Source: an uncultured Candidatus Saccharibacteria bacterium
Lineage (GTDB): Bacteria > Patescibacteriota > Saccharimonadia > Saccharimonadales > JALRHH01
Direction: 5' to 3'
Assembly: GCA_964639295.1 (NCBI GenBank)
Contig: CAZXDT010000003.1
Coordinates: forward strand, 65,304-129,303
Length of the DNA stretch: 64,000 nucleotides
Shown: positions 9,119 to 17,526 of the stretch, in pieces
Position numbering within the stretch: position 1 is the stretch's first letter
How the letters are laid out: every line of letters begins with the position of its first letter
Translations under genes and position numbers: made by a program
Notes under the pieces: generated by a model
Database searches by the model: none
Told to the model about the DNA's origin: nothing
What the model saw: only the letters and a program-made list of their open reading frames with translations

Positions 9119-10102
9119 TTATCGCTGAACTGCGAACACGATCACACGCTGAATATTCTGATTATTGCCACCATCATAGTTCGCAGAACTCGTAACAAGA
9201 TTCAGGCCATTTTTACTGGAATCTATGGAGTCAAGCGCAATACTCATATCAACCTGATCGCCCGTAAAAGTCTGCACTTTGACTACACTGTACGTAATAA
9301 TTGTCTTGTCGCCCCGCTCTATGACTATCTCGTCATTTGGCAGTAGCGACTGTAGATCATGGAATACGCCATTCTTGGTACTCCCAGAAATATGACCGTT
9401 AATAAGCACTGCACCCGGTTGGCCTGGTCTACCACTATCATCAAACCAGCCGACGTCATGAATATTACTTGGGGAGATTGGCTCACCAACTAGTGAAGCA
9501 CCAACTCGTTTTACCCGAGCCTCAACATCCAGTTTACTAATGCGTAAAATTCGCGGTGCATCTGCAGCTGCTTGGAAGTTAGTCAGATCAGTCGGAGTCG
9601 GGATGGACTCATCAAGTGTACTCAAATTTTTTGTTGAGGCAGTAGCGGCCGTATTACCGTGGCGAGTGTCATGCAGATAAGGTATAGATATGGACCTGAT
9701 GTTTGGGAAGAAATCCCAGAAGGACCACAGTATCACGAGTAATGCGCCAATAATCATGAACATGCCAATAAATCCGGCAAATCGACGCTTTCGCATACTA
9801 CGAGCTTCTTTACGATATTCAACCGCTCGTTCAACCATATGACGCTTCAATACATGCGAACGATTTTGGCGCGGTAATGCGGGTTTGGTGGTTGATGGCT
9901 TACGAGAGGTGTGTTGCGGGGCAAAGTCGAGATGTTTCTGGTTACTCGGCTGAGTTAGTGGAGTACGCTGTTTTAATTCTGGCTGAGTGGTACTTCTTGG
10001 AACTGTCCTGGGGCTCACATCAACATCAGGGCGCAGACCAGTACGACCAGTGGCGTAACGCCGTCCTGGTTCACTACTCAGCGGGTGCTTTGGATCGTTC
10101 AT
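9119..10102 (-). CDS. Sortase-fold protein with Ser replacing the catalytic Cys (LVTSS instead of LVTCG)
   Basis: Disordered N-terminus, a TM helix and a sortase domain with VLINGH. It aligns residue for residue with the paralog at 10460-11476. The nucleophile codon is AGT at 9188-9190. Confidence 0.8.
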   Translation of the reverse strand: MNDPKHPLSSEPGRRYATGRTGLRPDVDVSPRTVPRSTTQPELKQRTPLTQPSNQKHLDFAPQHTSRKPSTTKPALPRQNRSHVLKRHMVERAVEYRKEARSMRKRRFAGFIGMFMIIGALLVILWSFWDFFPNIRSISIPYLHDTRHGNTAATASTKNLSTLDESIPTPTDLTNFQAAADAPRILRISKLDVEARVKRVGASLVGEPISPSNIHDVGWFDDSGRPGQPGAVLINGHISGSTKNGVFHDLQSLLPNDEIVIERGDKTIITYSVVKVQTFTGDQVDMSIALDSIDSSKNGLNLVTSSANYDGGNNQNIQRVIVFAVQR

Positions 10103-10202
10103 GTTTATGTTGCCACCAGTTACTTCTCTAACAATTCGTTACAGAATATACAACATTTAGTATACAAGCCCACTCCGTTTTAGCAACCTGCTTATACTTG
10201 TA

Positions 10203-10460
10203 CTACAGGGATATTCTTGAACGTTGCTTGGCCATCATGTCTTTACGTAGTATGACTGATGGGGTTGGCTGCTTGGGTGGTATAAATATATCCCGTTCAT
10301 CCAGATCAAGCACTTCCCTCGACACACCTCCAATGGTTCTTGTTACATCGATGATTGCCTCTACTTCTTCTGGGCTCGCCTGGTGGTAAACAGAACCCCG
10401 GCGTATAAAATCAACCTGACCTCTATGTTTATAACCATCTTTTGGCTGCGTGCCTCCCAT
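10203..10460 (-). CDS. Hypothetical 85-aa protein between the two sortase genes
   Basis: The ORF start overlaps the stop of the upstream sortase by 1 nt. No recognisable motif. Confidence 0.5.
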   Translation of the reverse strand: MGGTQPKDGYKHRGQVDFIRRGSVYHQASPEEVEAIIDVTRTIGGVSREVLDLDERDIFIPPKQPTPSVILRKDMMAKQRSRISL

Positions 10461-11476
10461 CAGTCTACCTGCACTGCAAAGACTTCATCACGAGATTCGT
10501 AGTGCCCCGTTTTTGTATCATACTTTCCGCCACACGTTACAAGATTGAGCCCCTGCTTACCAGGCTTAGCTGACTTCATCAGGGTAGCCATATTCAGACT
10601 ATCTGCAGATTCCTGAGCCGTCTTTTCAACCCTGTACTTCACAACTTTTCCATCACCACGCTCAACTTCAATGATGTCACCAGACACAAGTTTCTTGAGA
10701 TTTACGAATATACCGGGCTTAGTTGGGCCATGTACATGGCCATCGATCAACACTGCACCAGCATCTATACCAGGCTTAGCGCTCGCGTTGTACCAACCAG
10801 CATCATAGATACTACTCGGGGCGAGCAGTTGATTATCCCGGCTGACACCGAGTGGCTTTACGCGTGCTGCAACGTCAATTTTTTTAATAGTGATCTTGCG
10901 AGGTAAATCAGGGGCCACCTTGTAACTACTAACTGCGTTGGGGTGTATATCTGATTCGTCTGGCTTCTCGTTACCACTTGTTCCATCGTCACTAGTATTT
11001 TTCTTGCCGCTACTCATTGCCTGAACTTGCTGCGTAACATTCCTGTTCGTAAGCAGTGAGTTCACACTTACCCCTAGCCCAAGTATAAACACAACCATTG
11101 CCATGCCAGCAAGTGCACTACTTTTACTAAACAAACGTTGCTTCATAGATTTCTTGGCCGCTGAGTCCTGGGTAGGCTCAGACGAAAGAGCTATTTGTTT
11201 GTGCTGTGGTCTTTGAACGGCCGGCACTAGGGGTTTGCGGCGAACTGGAATAAAATCTATCCCTACTGCGGTGCTCTGAGGCTTATGCGCCTTATTAACT
11301 AGATTGTTTGGGCTGGGTGATGATAGAGGTACTACTTGGGCACCTGTAGGAGGCTTAACTGCAAGAGAAATTACTCCATCTGTGGTACGCCTAGAATAGA
11401 CAGAACTGCGGCGTTTATACCGCAGCGCTTGGCCATTTTGAGAATGGGTAAACCCACTTAATGGTCTGTCTGTCAT
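10460..11476 (-). CDS. Membrane-anchored sortase (class E/F-like transpeptidase)
   Basis: TM helix, VLIDGHVHG catalytic His, LNLVTCGG catalytic Cys and a conserved C-terminal Arg (SRDEVFAV). Confidence 0.85.
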   Translation of the reverse strand: MTDRPLSGFTHSQNGQALRYKRRSSVYSRRTTDGVISLAVKPPTGAQVVPLSSPSPNNLVNKAHKPQSTAVGIDFIPVRRKPLVPAVQRPQHKQIALSSEPTQDSAAKKSMKQRLFSKSSALAGMAMVVFILGLGVSVNSLLTNRNVTQQVQAMSSGKKNTSDDGTSGNEKPDESDIHPNAVSSYKVAPDLPRKITIKKIDVAARVKPLGVSRDNQLLAPSSIYDAGWYNASAKPGIDAGAVLIDGHVHGPTKPGIFVNLKKLVSGDIIEVERGDGKVVKYRVEKTAQESADSLNMATLMKSAKPGKQGLNLVTCGGKYDTKTGHYESRDEVFAVQVD

Positions 11477-11516
11477 GCTCTATCTTTTGTTTTTAATTTA
11501 TTTTTTAGGTAAAGAT

Positions 11517-13106
11517 TTAACGACGCTTTGCGGGTGCTTTTTGCAAACGCTTACGTGCAATCAAGATTGCACCTGCTGCGATTGTTGCTGTAATCAGTGT
11601 GATCATAGGGTTAGCAGCAAGAAGCTTGAAGCCAGTGTTTGGGGCCTTTGGAAGTAATGATGCGTCGATTGATTCTACCGTCAGCACGACATCATTGCCA
11701 TCACCGCCTTTGTAGGTAACTGAGTAAGTAACTCCTTGATTTGTATAGTTTCCACCTTCAGCAATTCCGGTAAACGTACCAGTAACAGCGTCTGCAACAT
11801 CGTTATCAATAATTGTGTAGCTCTGTCCAACAGTAGGAACAAATCCATTGTAAAGCGTTGATTCGAGCGTAGAACCACTCAGATCAACCGTACCTGTCAC
11901 CTTCAGTTGATCGTAGCCAGTACAGGCTGTTGTACCACCGATTTCAGCTTGGTAAGTTCCAAACAGAGATAGATTGCCACTATTTATACAGCCGGGGCTG
12001 TGTCCAGGTGCAACTATAGCACCCTGCATAATATTCAACACGGAAGCGGTACCCGTGCCTTTTAATATTCCACCGCTAAGGACTTCCACATTCTGACGAG
12101 ATCCATCAAGAATAGTTGTTTCTTTATTAACGACTGTCAGATCTGTGGTAGGCTGACTGTCACTAACGGTAGTAGTTTTTGTTGGATTTTCAAGTCTTCC
12201 TGTCTCCTGAGTTGTTGAAACCTTCGAGCTCGGGTTTACATTTAAAACTCCGTCAGCAACGGGGTTGTTGCCTATGTCACCGGTACCAGTAAGGGCGCCA
12301 GTAACGTTAACTGTAACTGGAGAGTACGCGGTAAATTTTGAGTTATCAAGAACATTTATTGCGCCAGTAACATTCCACGTTACTGGAGTAGTAGCACAGC
12401 TAAACCCTCCAGGCACACACCCAAAGTTAACATCAGGCCTACTGGTGCCGGTACCACCACCAAGTGTCATCGGGCTTGCGAACGCATTCGTTGCTGTACT
12501 TGTTAGTAGGTTAAGGTATGCGCCCTTCTCTACTACGATACGGTTCCCGATAGTAAGCGCAGTTGGATCAATATTGGCACTAGTACCGGACTCAAGAGTA
12601 AGTGAAAGAGTAATACTGCCTGTGGTATCTGCCATGTAAAATCCAATGTCACCACCTACAACTGACTGCCTGAGCTTGACGTCACCTTCTCCGGTTAAGT
12701 TTGCCACTGCCATTCTAACTTCAGTAGTACCAGTGTTATAACTATTGACTACAGCGTTGTCCTTGAGTGTTAGGGTATCTACGGTGTACGTCGTAGTATC
12801 TGTTGGGGCACCAGGAACTATCGTTACTCCTGCAAAAGCTACGCCGGTCAGATCATTCACAAGTGCCTTGGTTCCACCACCAGTTAACCTCTCAAAACGG
12901 ATCGTATCTCCGTCTTGAGGCTTTACGTTACCATCAACGCTACAACTCCAGTTGCCGTCGTTATCAAAGTTATTATTAACTGCGCCTGTCCAGGTACACG
13001 TATCAACAGCCGCATGCGCAACTGGGATAAACGCGATATTAAGTAACGCCGATACTGATAGTACAGATGCAGTCGCTAAAGAACTCAACCTCTTAAGTCT
13101 TTTCAT
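11517..13106 (-). CDS. Cell-wall-anchored beta-helix adhesin-like protein (autotransporter-associated beta-strand-repeat type)
   Basis: Signal peptide ending in VAHA. The C-terminal module YDQLKVTGTVDLSGSTL...GQSYTIIDND...VTYKGGDGNDVVLTV is followed by KAPNTGF, a hydrophobic helix and RKRLQKAPAKRR. Confidence 0.8.
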   Translation of the reverse strand: MKRLKRLSSLATASVLSVSALLNIAFIPVAHAAVDTCTWTGAVNNNFDNDGNWSCSVDGNVKPQDGDTIRFERLTGGGTKALVNDLTGVAFAGVTIVPGAPTDTTTYTVDTLTLKDNAVVNSYNTGTTEVRMAVANLTGEGDVKLRQSVVGGDIGFYMADTTGSITLSLTLESGTSANIDPTALTIGNRIVVEKGAYLNLLTSTATNAFASPMTLGGGTGTSRPDVNFGCVPGGFSCATTPVTWNVTGAINVLDNSKFTAYSPVTVNVTGALTGTGDIGNNPVADGVLNVNPSSKVSTTQETGRLENPTKTTTVSDSQPTTDLTVVNKETTILDGSRQNVEVLSGGILKGTGTASVLNIMQGAIVAPGHSPGCINSGNLSLFGTYQAEIGGTTACTGYDQLKVTGTVDLSGSTLESTLYNGFVPTVGQSYTIIDNDVADAVTGTFTGIAEGGNYTNQGVTYSVTYKGGDGNDVVLTVESIDASLLPKAPNTGFKLLAANPMITLITATIAAGAILIARKRLQKAPAKRR

Positions 13107-13222
13107 TTTATTGTTTCCTGTTTTGTTGTTATAAATTACTACACTTTGTAATATAGTCTCCCCTGTTATATTGTCAAGCCTTTTATGCTTAAATGATGAC
13201 TCGTTTACAACGTGTGTGAGGT

Positions 13223-13615
13223 CTATTTCTTCTGTGGGGTGATGTGTACGGGGGCGCCATACTCCGGCAAAGCTACTTTTGTAGTCTTACCATCAAGCAA
13301 GTCATAAATTCCGTTATCAATCCAATTGTCACCTGTTGTTGCAGCAATACCGATTCCGTTGCTACTTGCTAATGCGTTAGCTACGGAGAACCCAATTCGG
13401 AGTCCCGTGAAACTACCCGGACCCTGATAAGCTATGATCCCCTGTACGTCAGCCCAAGTCTTATCTTGTGCTTCTAATAATGCAGCGATTTTGTAATGAA
13501 TTGTTTCCGCTAATTGCCTATGCGCCTGCCACGTCTCATAAGTAATCCGTGTTTGATCGTCGAATAACCCAATTTCTGATTCTGGCTTGTCTGTTCTGAG
13601 CGTCAGAATTAGCAT
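13223..13615 (-). CDS. tsaB: tRNA t6A biosynthesis protein TsaB, short form (130 aa)
   Basis: Contains the QGPGSFTGLRIGFSVANALA motif. It overlaps tsaE by 7 nt. Confidence 0.75.
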   Translation of the reverse strand: MLILTLRTDKPESEIGLFDDQTRITYETWQAHRQLAETIHYKIAALLEAQDKTWADVQGIIAYQGPGSFTGLRIGFSVANALASSNGIGIAATTGDNWIDNGIYDLLDGKTTKVALPEYGAPVHITPQKK

Positions 13616-14085
13616 ATGCCCTCCGTAAGGTAAGCCAGTGATCCTGGATAGTTAATAACAATGTCTCTGGAATCTTCGCCACTGCGAGTTACTGTAATGG
13701 CCACTTTTTCTTCTGGTAGAACATGTTCCACGACACCACCCCATTCAACGACAATGACAATACCCGGATCATCTAACAGATCTTGTAACTCGTGTGCGAT
13801 CAAACCAGCGTCGGCCAATCTATAAAAATCAAAATGGTGAATCTCAAATTTGTCCGTTTTATACACTTTACTAACCGTAAACGTTGGACTAGCAACTACA
13901 TCTGTACTACCCGCACCCTCAGCAAGACCACGAGTGAATGTTGTTTTGCCACCACCCAGATCACTGACCAATTCAATTACCTCACCACCACGAAGCTTAG
14001 CGCCAATCTGACCTGCGAGCGCCTCGGTTTGGTCGGGATTAGCTGAAGTCAGCTGGCAATGTTTTATAGTACTCATATCTGTCAT
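13609..14085 (-). CDS. tsaE: tRNA t6A biosynthesis ATPase TsaE
   Basis: P-loop SDLGGGKTTFTRGL, SPTF motif and a C-terminal EW motif. Confidence 0.85.
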   Translation of the reverse strand: MTDMSTIKHCQLTSANPDQTEALAGQIGAKLRGGEVIELVSDLGGGKTTFTRGLAEGAGSTDVVASPTFTVSKVYKTDKFEIHHFDFYRLADAGLIAHELQDLLDDPGIVIVVEWGGVVEHVLPEEKVAITVTRSGEDSRDIVINYPGSLAYLTEGIC

Positions 14086-14128
14086 ATGCTATCTCAAAAC
14101 AGACTATGGCCGCAAGTATAAGCACTTA

Positions 14129-14686
14129 ATGAACAGGTGCTTGAGGTATACTAGAAGTAACATGTTACAGCTCAGCGCGTCACTTGCATATCGTCCTGTC
14201 GTAAGCCTCCGTACCAGTGGTGAGATTGCCACTATTGAGGCTCCTATTATTAATCCCAATAACCTCAAAATCGAGGGATTCTTCTGTGCCGACAAGTTCA
14301 GCCGCAAGCGCCTCGTACTATTAACCCAGGATATCCGTGACAACATTAAGCAAGGTATCATCGTAAATGACCACGACGTTCTCACGGAGCCAGAGGAACT
14401 GGTGCGCCTTAAGTCCATTATAGATCTGGGATTCGATATTATAGGAAAACCCGTAGAGACGGTCAGCAAGCACAAGGTAGGTAAGATTACTGATTTCGCT
14501 GTAGACGACCAAACACTCTATATTCAAAAACTGTATGCCGGTCCATCGATTATGAAGAGCCTGACTTCTGGGCAACTTAGCATTGACCGCGATCAAATAG
14601 TAGAGATTACTAATCGCCGCATTGTGATTAAAGACCTTGAAAAGCCAATTAAAGGCAGTATGACGGCCACGGCTCCGGCAGTATAA
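14129..14686 (+). CDS. PRC-barrel-like domain protein (probable start ATG 14162)
   Basis: Two segments resemble PRC-barrel/YlmC repeats (GKPVETVSKHKVGKITDFAVDDQTLYIQKL). The assignment is tentative. Confidence 0.5.
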   Translation: MNRCLRYTRSNMLQLSASLAYRPVVSLRTSGEIATIEAPIINPNNLKIEGFFCADKFSRKRLVLLTQDIRDNIKQGIIVNDHDVLTEPEELVRLKSIIDLGFDIIGKPVETVSKHKVGKITDFAVDDQTLYIQKLYAGPSIMKSLTSGQLSIDRDQIVEITNRRIVIKDLEKPIKGSMTATAPAV

Positions 14687-14731
14687 AGATCATTATTCTC
14701 CTAATCTAATATTGGTGCTAGACTGAGGCAA

Positions 14732-15469
14732 ATGGACATATGGAGCCTCCTCTTTATCGCCGCCGTCGGGCTTGTTTCTGGAGTATTATCGGGTGTTGGT
14801 GGTGGAGGGGCCGGCATGCTTATGATCCCTGCATTTATCCTAACAGGTATGTCCCCTTTGCACGCTGTAGCGACGGGTAAAATGAACGGACTGGGTGCTA
14901 ACTTTGGTGGCTTAGCTGCATTCAGGCACGGTGGTCACTTCCGCAAAGATATCGTCAAAGTCATGATACCCATAGCCATACTTGTTGGCGTAACCACGCC
15001 TTTTGTCTTTAACCGGATAGAAAGCAGTACCTTTCAAATACTTCTTGGCGTACTACTCCTACTACTCACACCAACACTGTTTATTAAAAAGCGACTGTCT
15101 GGCATGCACCAACGACATCGTATTATTGGGTATGTTGCATATACGTTCGTGATCACCCTACAGGCGCTATTTGGGACTGGTGCGGGATCGCTTGCGATTT
15201 TTGTACTGACATTATTATTTGGAACCTCAAAGCTGCAAGCAAACGCTACAAAACGCGCTGTTTCCGCCGTCTTGGTACCTATCACATTTATTGCACTGTA
15301 TTTGAGTGGATACGTAATACTCAGTTACGGACTGGTTGGCATGGTTTCTGTGTTTATTGGTTCTCATGCAGGTACCAAACTCGCCCTCAAGGGTGGTGAG
15401 CAATTTGCGACCTACGCGATGGCGACCATCATGCCACTTGCAGCAATATTTCTCATCATGACCGCTTAA
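14732..15469 (+). CDS. TSUP (TauE/SafE) family anion exporter-like permease
   Basis: Multi-TM protein with an N-terminal GVGGGGAGMLMIPAF motif and an internal duplication. Confidence 0.75.
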   Translation: MDIWSLLFIAAVGLVSGVLSGVGGGGAGMLMIPAFILTGMSPLHAVATGKMNGLGANFGGLAAFRHGGHFRKDIVKVMIPIAILVGVTTPFVFNRIESSTFQILLGVLLLLLTPTLFIKKRLSGMHQRHRIIGYVAYTFVITLQALFGTGAGSLAIFVLTLLFGTSKLQANATKRAVSAVLVPITFIALYLSGYVILSYGLVGMVSVFIGSHAGTKLALKGGEQFATYAMATIMPLAAIFLIMTA

Positions 15470-16068
15470 TATTCTGCTTCAAGGACTGACTTAATGTCAT
15501 CGTAGTTGTAGCCTTGCCGAGCGAGGTATTGCATGAATTTGAGTTTATCGGGGTAGCGAGCACGTTTCTTTTCAACTAATTCTTTGAGTAGCTCTCTCTC
15601 ATCTACCTGTTCTTTGTCATCTGCTAGGACCCTATCGATAATGTCACCGGGGATACGTTTCTGTTTGAGTTCCATAGTGAGCTTACGACGGCTGGTTGCT
15701 TTGAGTAACCTACGATTCTCTACCCACCGCTTGGCAAATTGCTCATCGTTGACATAACCATTAACGCTTAACTTGTTAAGTATTTTTTCCGTGAACTCTT
15801 CTGGTGCTTTTTTGCGCTTTAAGTAGTCACGTAGTTCCCACTCGGACCTCATGCGATAACTTAACAAGTTTAGGGTTTTATCAAACCACTTCCCGTAGTC
15901 CCCTTCTTCACGAAAACTGGACAGTTCTTGCTCAGTTAACTCCTGTCCCGAATGCAACCCAAGTTTGAGTAGCTCAGTTTCACCAACAGAAAAAGAATAC
16001 TTTCCATCCAGATAAACAGAATACCGATCCGCCCGCTTAACCTGCCGTGCTATCTTAGTAATTTTCAT
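15466..16068 (-). CDS. recX: RecA regulator RecX
   Basis: Helical-repeat protein downstream of recA (RYSVYLDG...; repeated ...KGYVNDEQFA-type motifs). ATG 16068 overlaps the upstream stop. Confidence 0.8.
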   Translation of the reverse strand: MKITKIARQVKRADRYSVYLDGKYSFSVGETELLKLGLHSGQELTEQELSSFREEGDYGKWFDKTLNLLSYRMRSEWELRDYLKRKKAPEEFTEKILNKLSVNGYVNDEQFAKRWVENRRLLKATSRRKLTMELKQKRIPGDIIDRVLADDKEQVDERELLKELVEKKRARYPDKLKFMQYLARQGYNYDDIKSVLEAEY

Positions 16069-16394
16069 TACACTTCTTGTTGACGTCGTCGTATCGCCAA
16101 GGCAAGACCAGCACATTCAACTGACATCCAGCCAGTCACTCCTCCAATGGCGATCTCGGGGAGATCATCCGTTACGGAAGCCACATGGTCTATGGGCGAA
16201 ATATTGCCCTCTTGTATCTGTTCTTTGATTACAGGTGACAATATCACACCAGACAATGCCGCAAATCCGGCAGTCTGTAAGACAACCATGTTCCGAAATG
16301 AGTTGTGACGACCACCACCAGGATTCCTCTCAACCACATCCTTGAGGGTTTCACCCCACATGTGTTTATAAGCAAACTGTACTGGACCATTCAT
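16068..16394 (-). CDS. Hypothetical 108-aa protein inserted between recA and recX
   Basis: The ORF is tightly packed (3-nt gap to recA, 1-nt overlap with recX). It has two hydrophobic segments. Confidence 0.55.
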   Translation of the reverse strand: MNGPVQFAYKHMWGETLKDVVERNPGGGRHNSFRNMVVLQTAGFAALSGVILSPVIKEQIQEGNISPIDHVASVTDDLPEIAIGGVTGWMSVECAGLALAIRRRQQEV

Positions 16395-16397
16395 AAC

Positions 16398-17426
16398 CTA
16401 CTCCTTGGTGGCGGCTTCGCGGACTTTGGCGTCGAGTTCTTTCAGTAGCTTTGGATTTTCTTTCAGGAAGTCTTTAGATGCTTCACGGCCTTGACCGACC
16501 TTTTCACCGTTGTAACTAAACCATGCACCGGCTTTTTCTACGATATTGTAGGTAACCGCAAGATCCAAGACATCTCCAGGAATACTGATACCTTCGTTAT
16601 ACATAATGTCGAATTCGGCCTCGCGGAATGGCGGCGCAATCTTGTTCTTGACCACCTTCACCCGGGTCCGGTTACCAACTACCGCATCGCCTTGTTTAAT
16701 TTGTGCAATACGACGAATATCCATACGGAGTGATGCGTAGAATTTCAATGCATTACCACCAGTAGTAGTTTCTGGGTTACCAAACATCACGCCAATCTTC
16801 ATACGAATCTGGTTAATGAAGATAACTGTTGCTTTGGACTTACTAATAACACTTGTTAACTTACGGAGTGCCTGGCTCATCAAACGGGCCTGAAGACCTG
16901 GGAGTGAATCACCCATGTCACCTTCAATTTCAGCCCTAGGTACCAACGCTGCGACAGAGTCCACAACAATCAAGTCAACAGCATTAGAACGAACAAGTGT
17001 CTCTACGATTTCAAGTGCCTGCTCGCCGTTATCTGGCTGCGACAGCAGAAGGTTTTCAATATCTACGCCAATACGCTTAGCGTACTGAGGGTCAAGGGCG
17101 TGTTCTGCATCAATAAATGCCGCTGTGCCACCTTGACGTTGGACTTCTGCGATCGCGTGTAGGGTCAAAGTTGTCTTACCGGAACTTTCCGGACCATAAA
17201 TCTCAATCACACGGCCACGTGGAATACCACCGCCAAGTGCCAAATCTAGACTCAAGGCACCAGTAGAAACAGTTTCTACGTTCTGCTTGTGGCCTTCGCC
17301 TAACTTCATAATCGAACCTTTACCGAATTGTTTTTCGATAGATTCAAGTGCTAGATCAAGTGCTTTTGCTTTACCTTCAGTGGCAGCGTCAGTCATAGTC
17401 TTTGCTGGTTTATCTTTTTTAGCCAT
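16398..17426 (-). CDS. recA: Recombinase RecA
   Basis: Walker [11 protein letters not shown]. Near-consensus RecA sequence throughout. Confidence 0.98.
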   Translation of the reverse strand: MAKKDKPAKTMTDAATEGKAKALDLALESIEKQFGKGSIMKLGEGHKQNVETVSTGALSLDLALGGGIPRGRVIEIYGPESSGKTTLTLHAIAEVQRQGGTAAFIDAEHALDPQYAKRIGVDIENLLLSQPDNGEQALEIVETLVRSNAVDLIVVDSVAALVPRAEIEGDMGDSLPGLQARLMSQALRKLTSVISKSKATVIFINQIRMKIGVMFGNPETTTGGNALKFYASLRMDIRRIAQIKQGDAVVGNRTRVKVVKNKIAPPFREAEFDIMYNEGISIPGDVLDLAVTYNIVEKAGAWFSYNGEKVGQGREASKDFLKENPKLLKELDAKVREAATKE

Positions 17427-17526
17427 ACAGAATTACCCTCCGTTAATTAATACCCACCTATTTACAAATAGTATAGCAAATTAAACAGTGGTTACTCTAT
17501 GTTATACGTAAGCATTTTGGTCTATA

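Noticed and set aside
17441-17475. Palindrome CTATTT-AC-AAATAG (17459-17472) between the putative recA promoter and the SD, considered as an SOS/LexA box.
   Set aside because: It does not resemble known LexA box consensus sequences (CTGT-N8-ACAG or CGAAC-N4-GTTCG), there is no lexA in the window, and short AT-rich palindromes are expected by chance.
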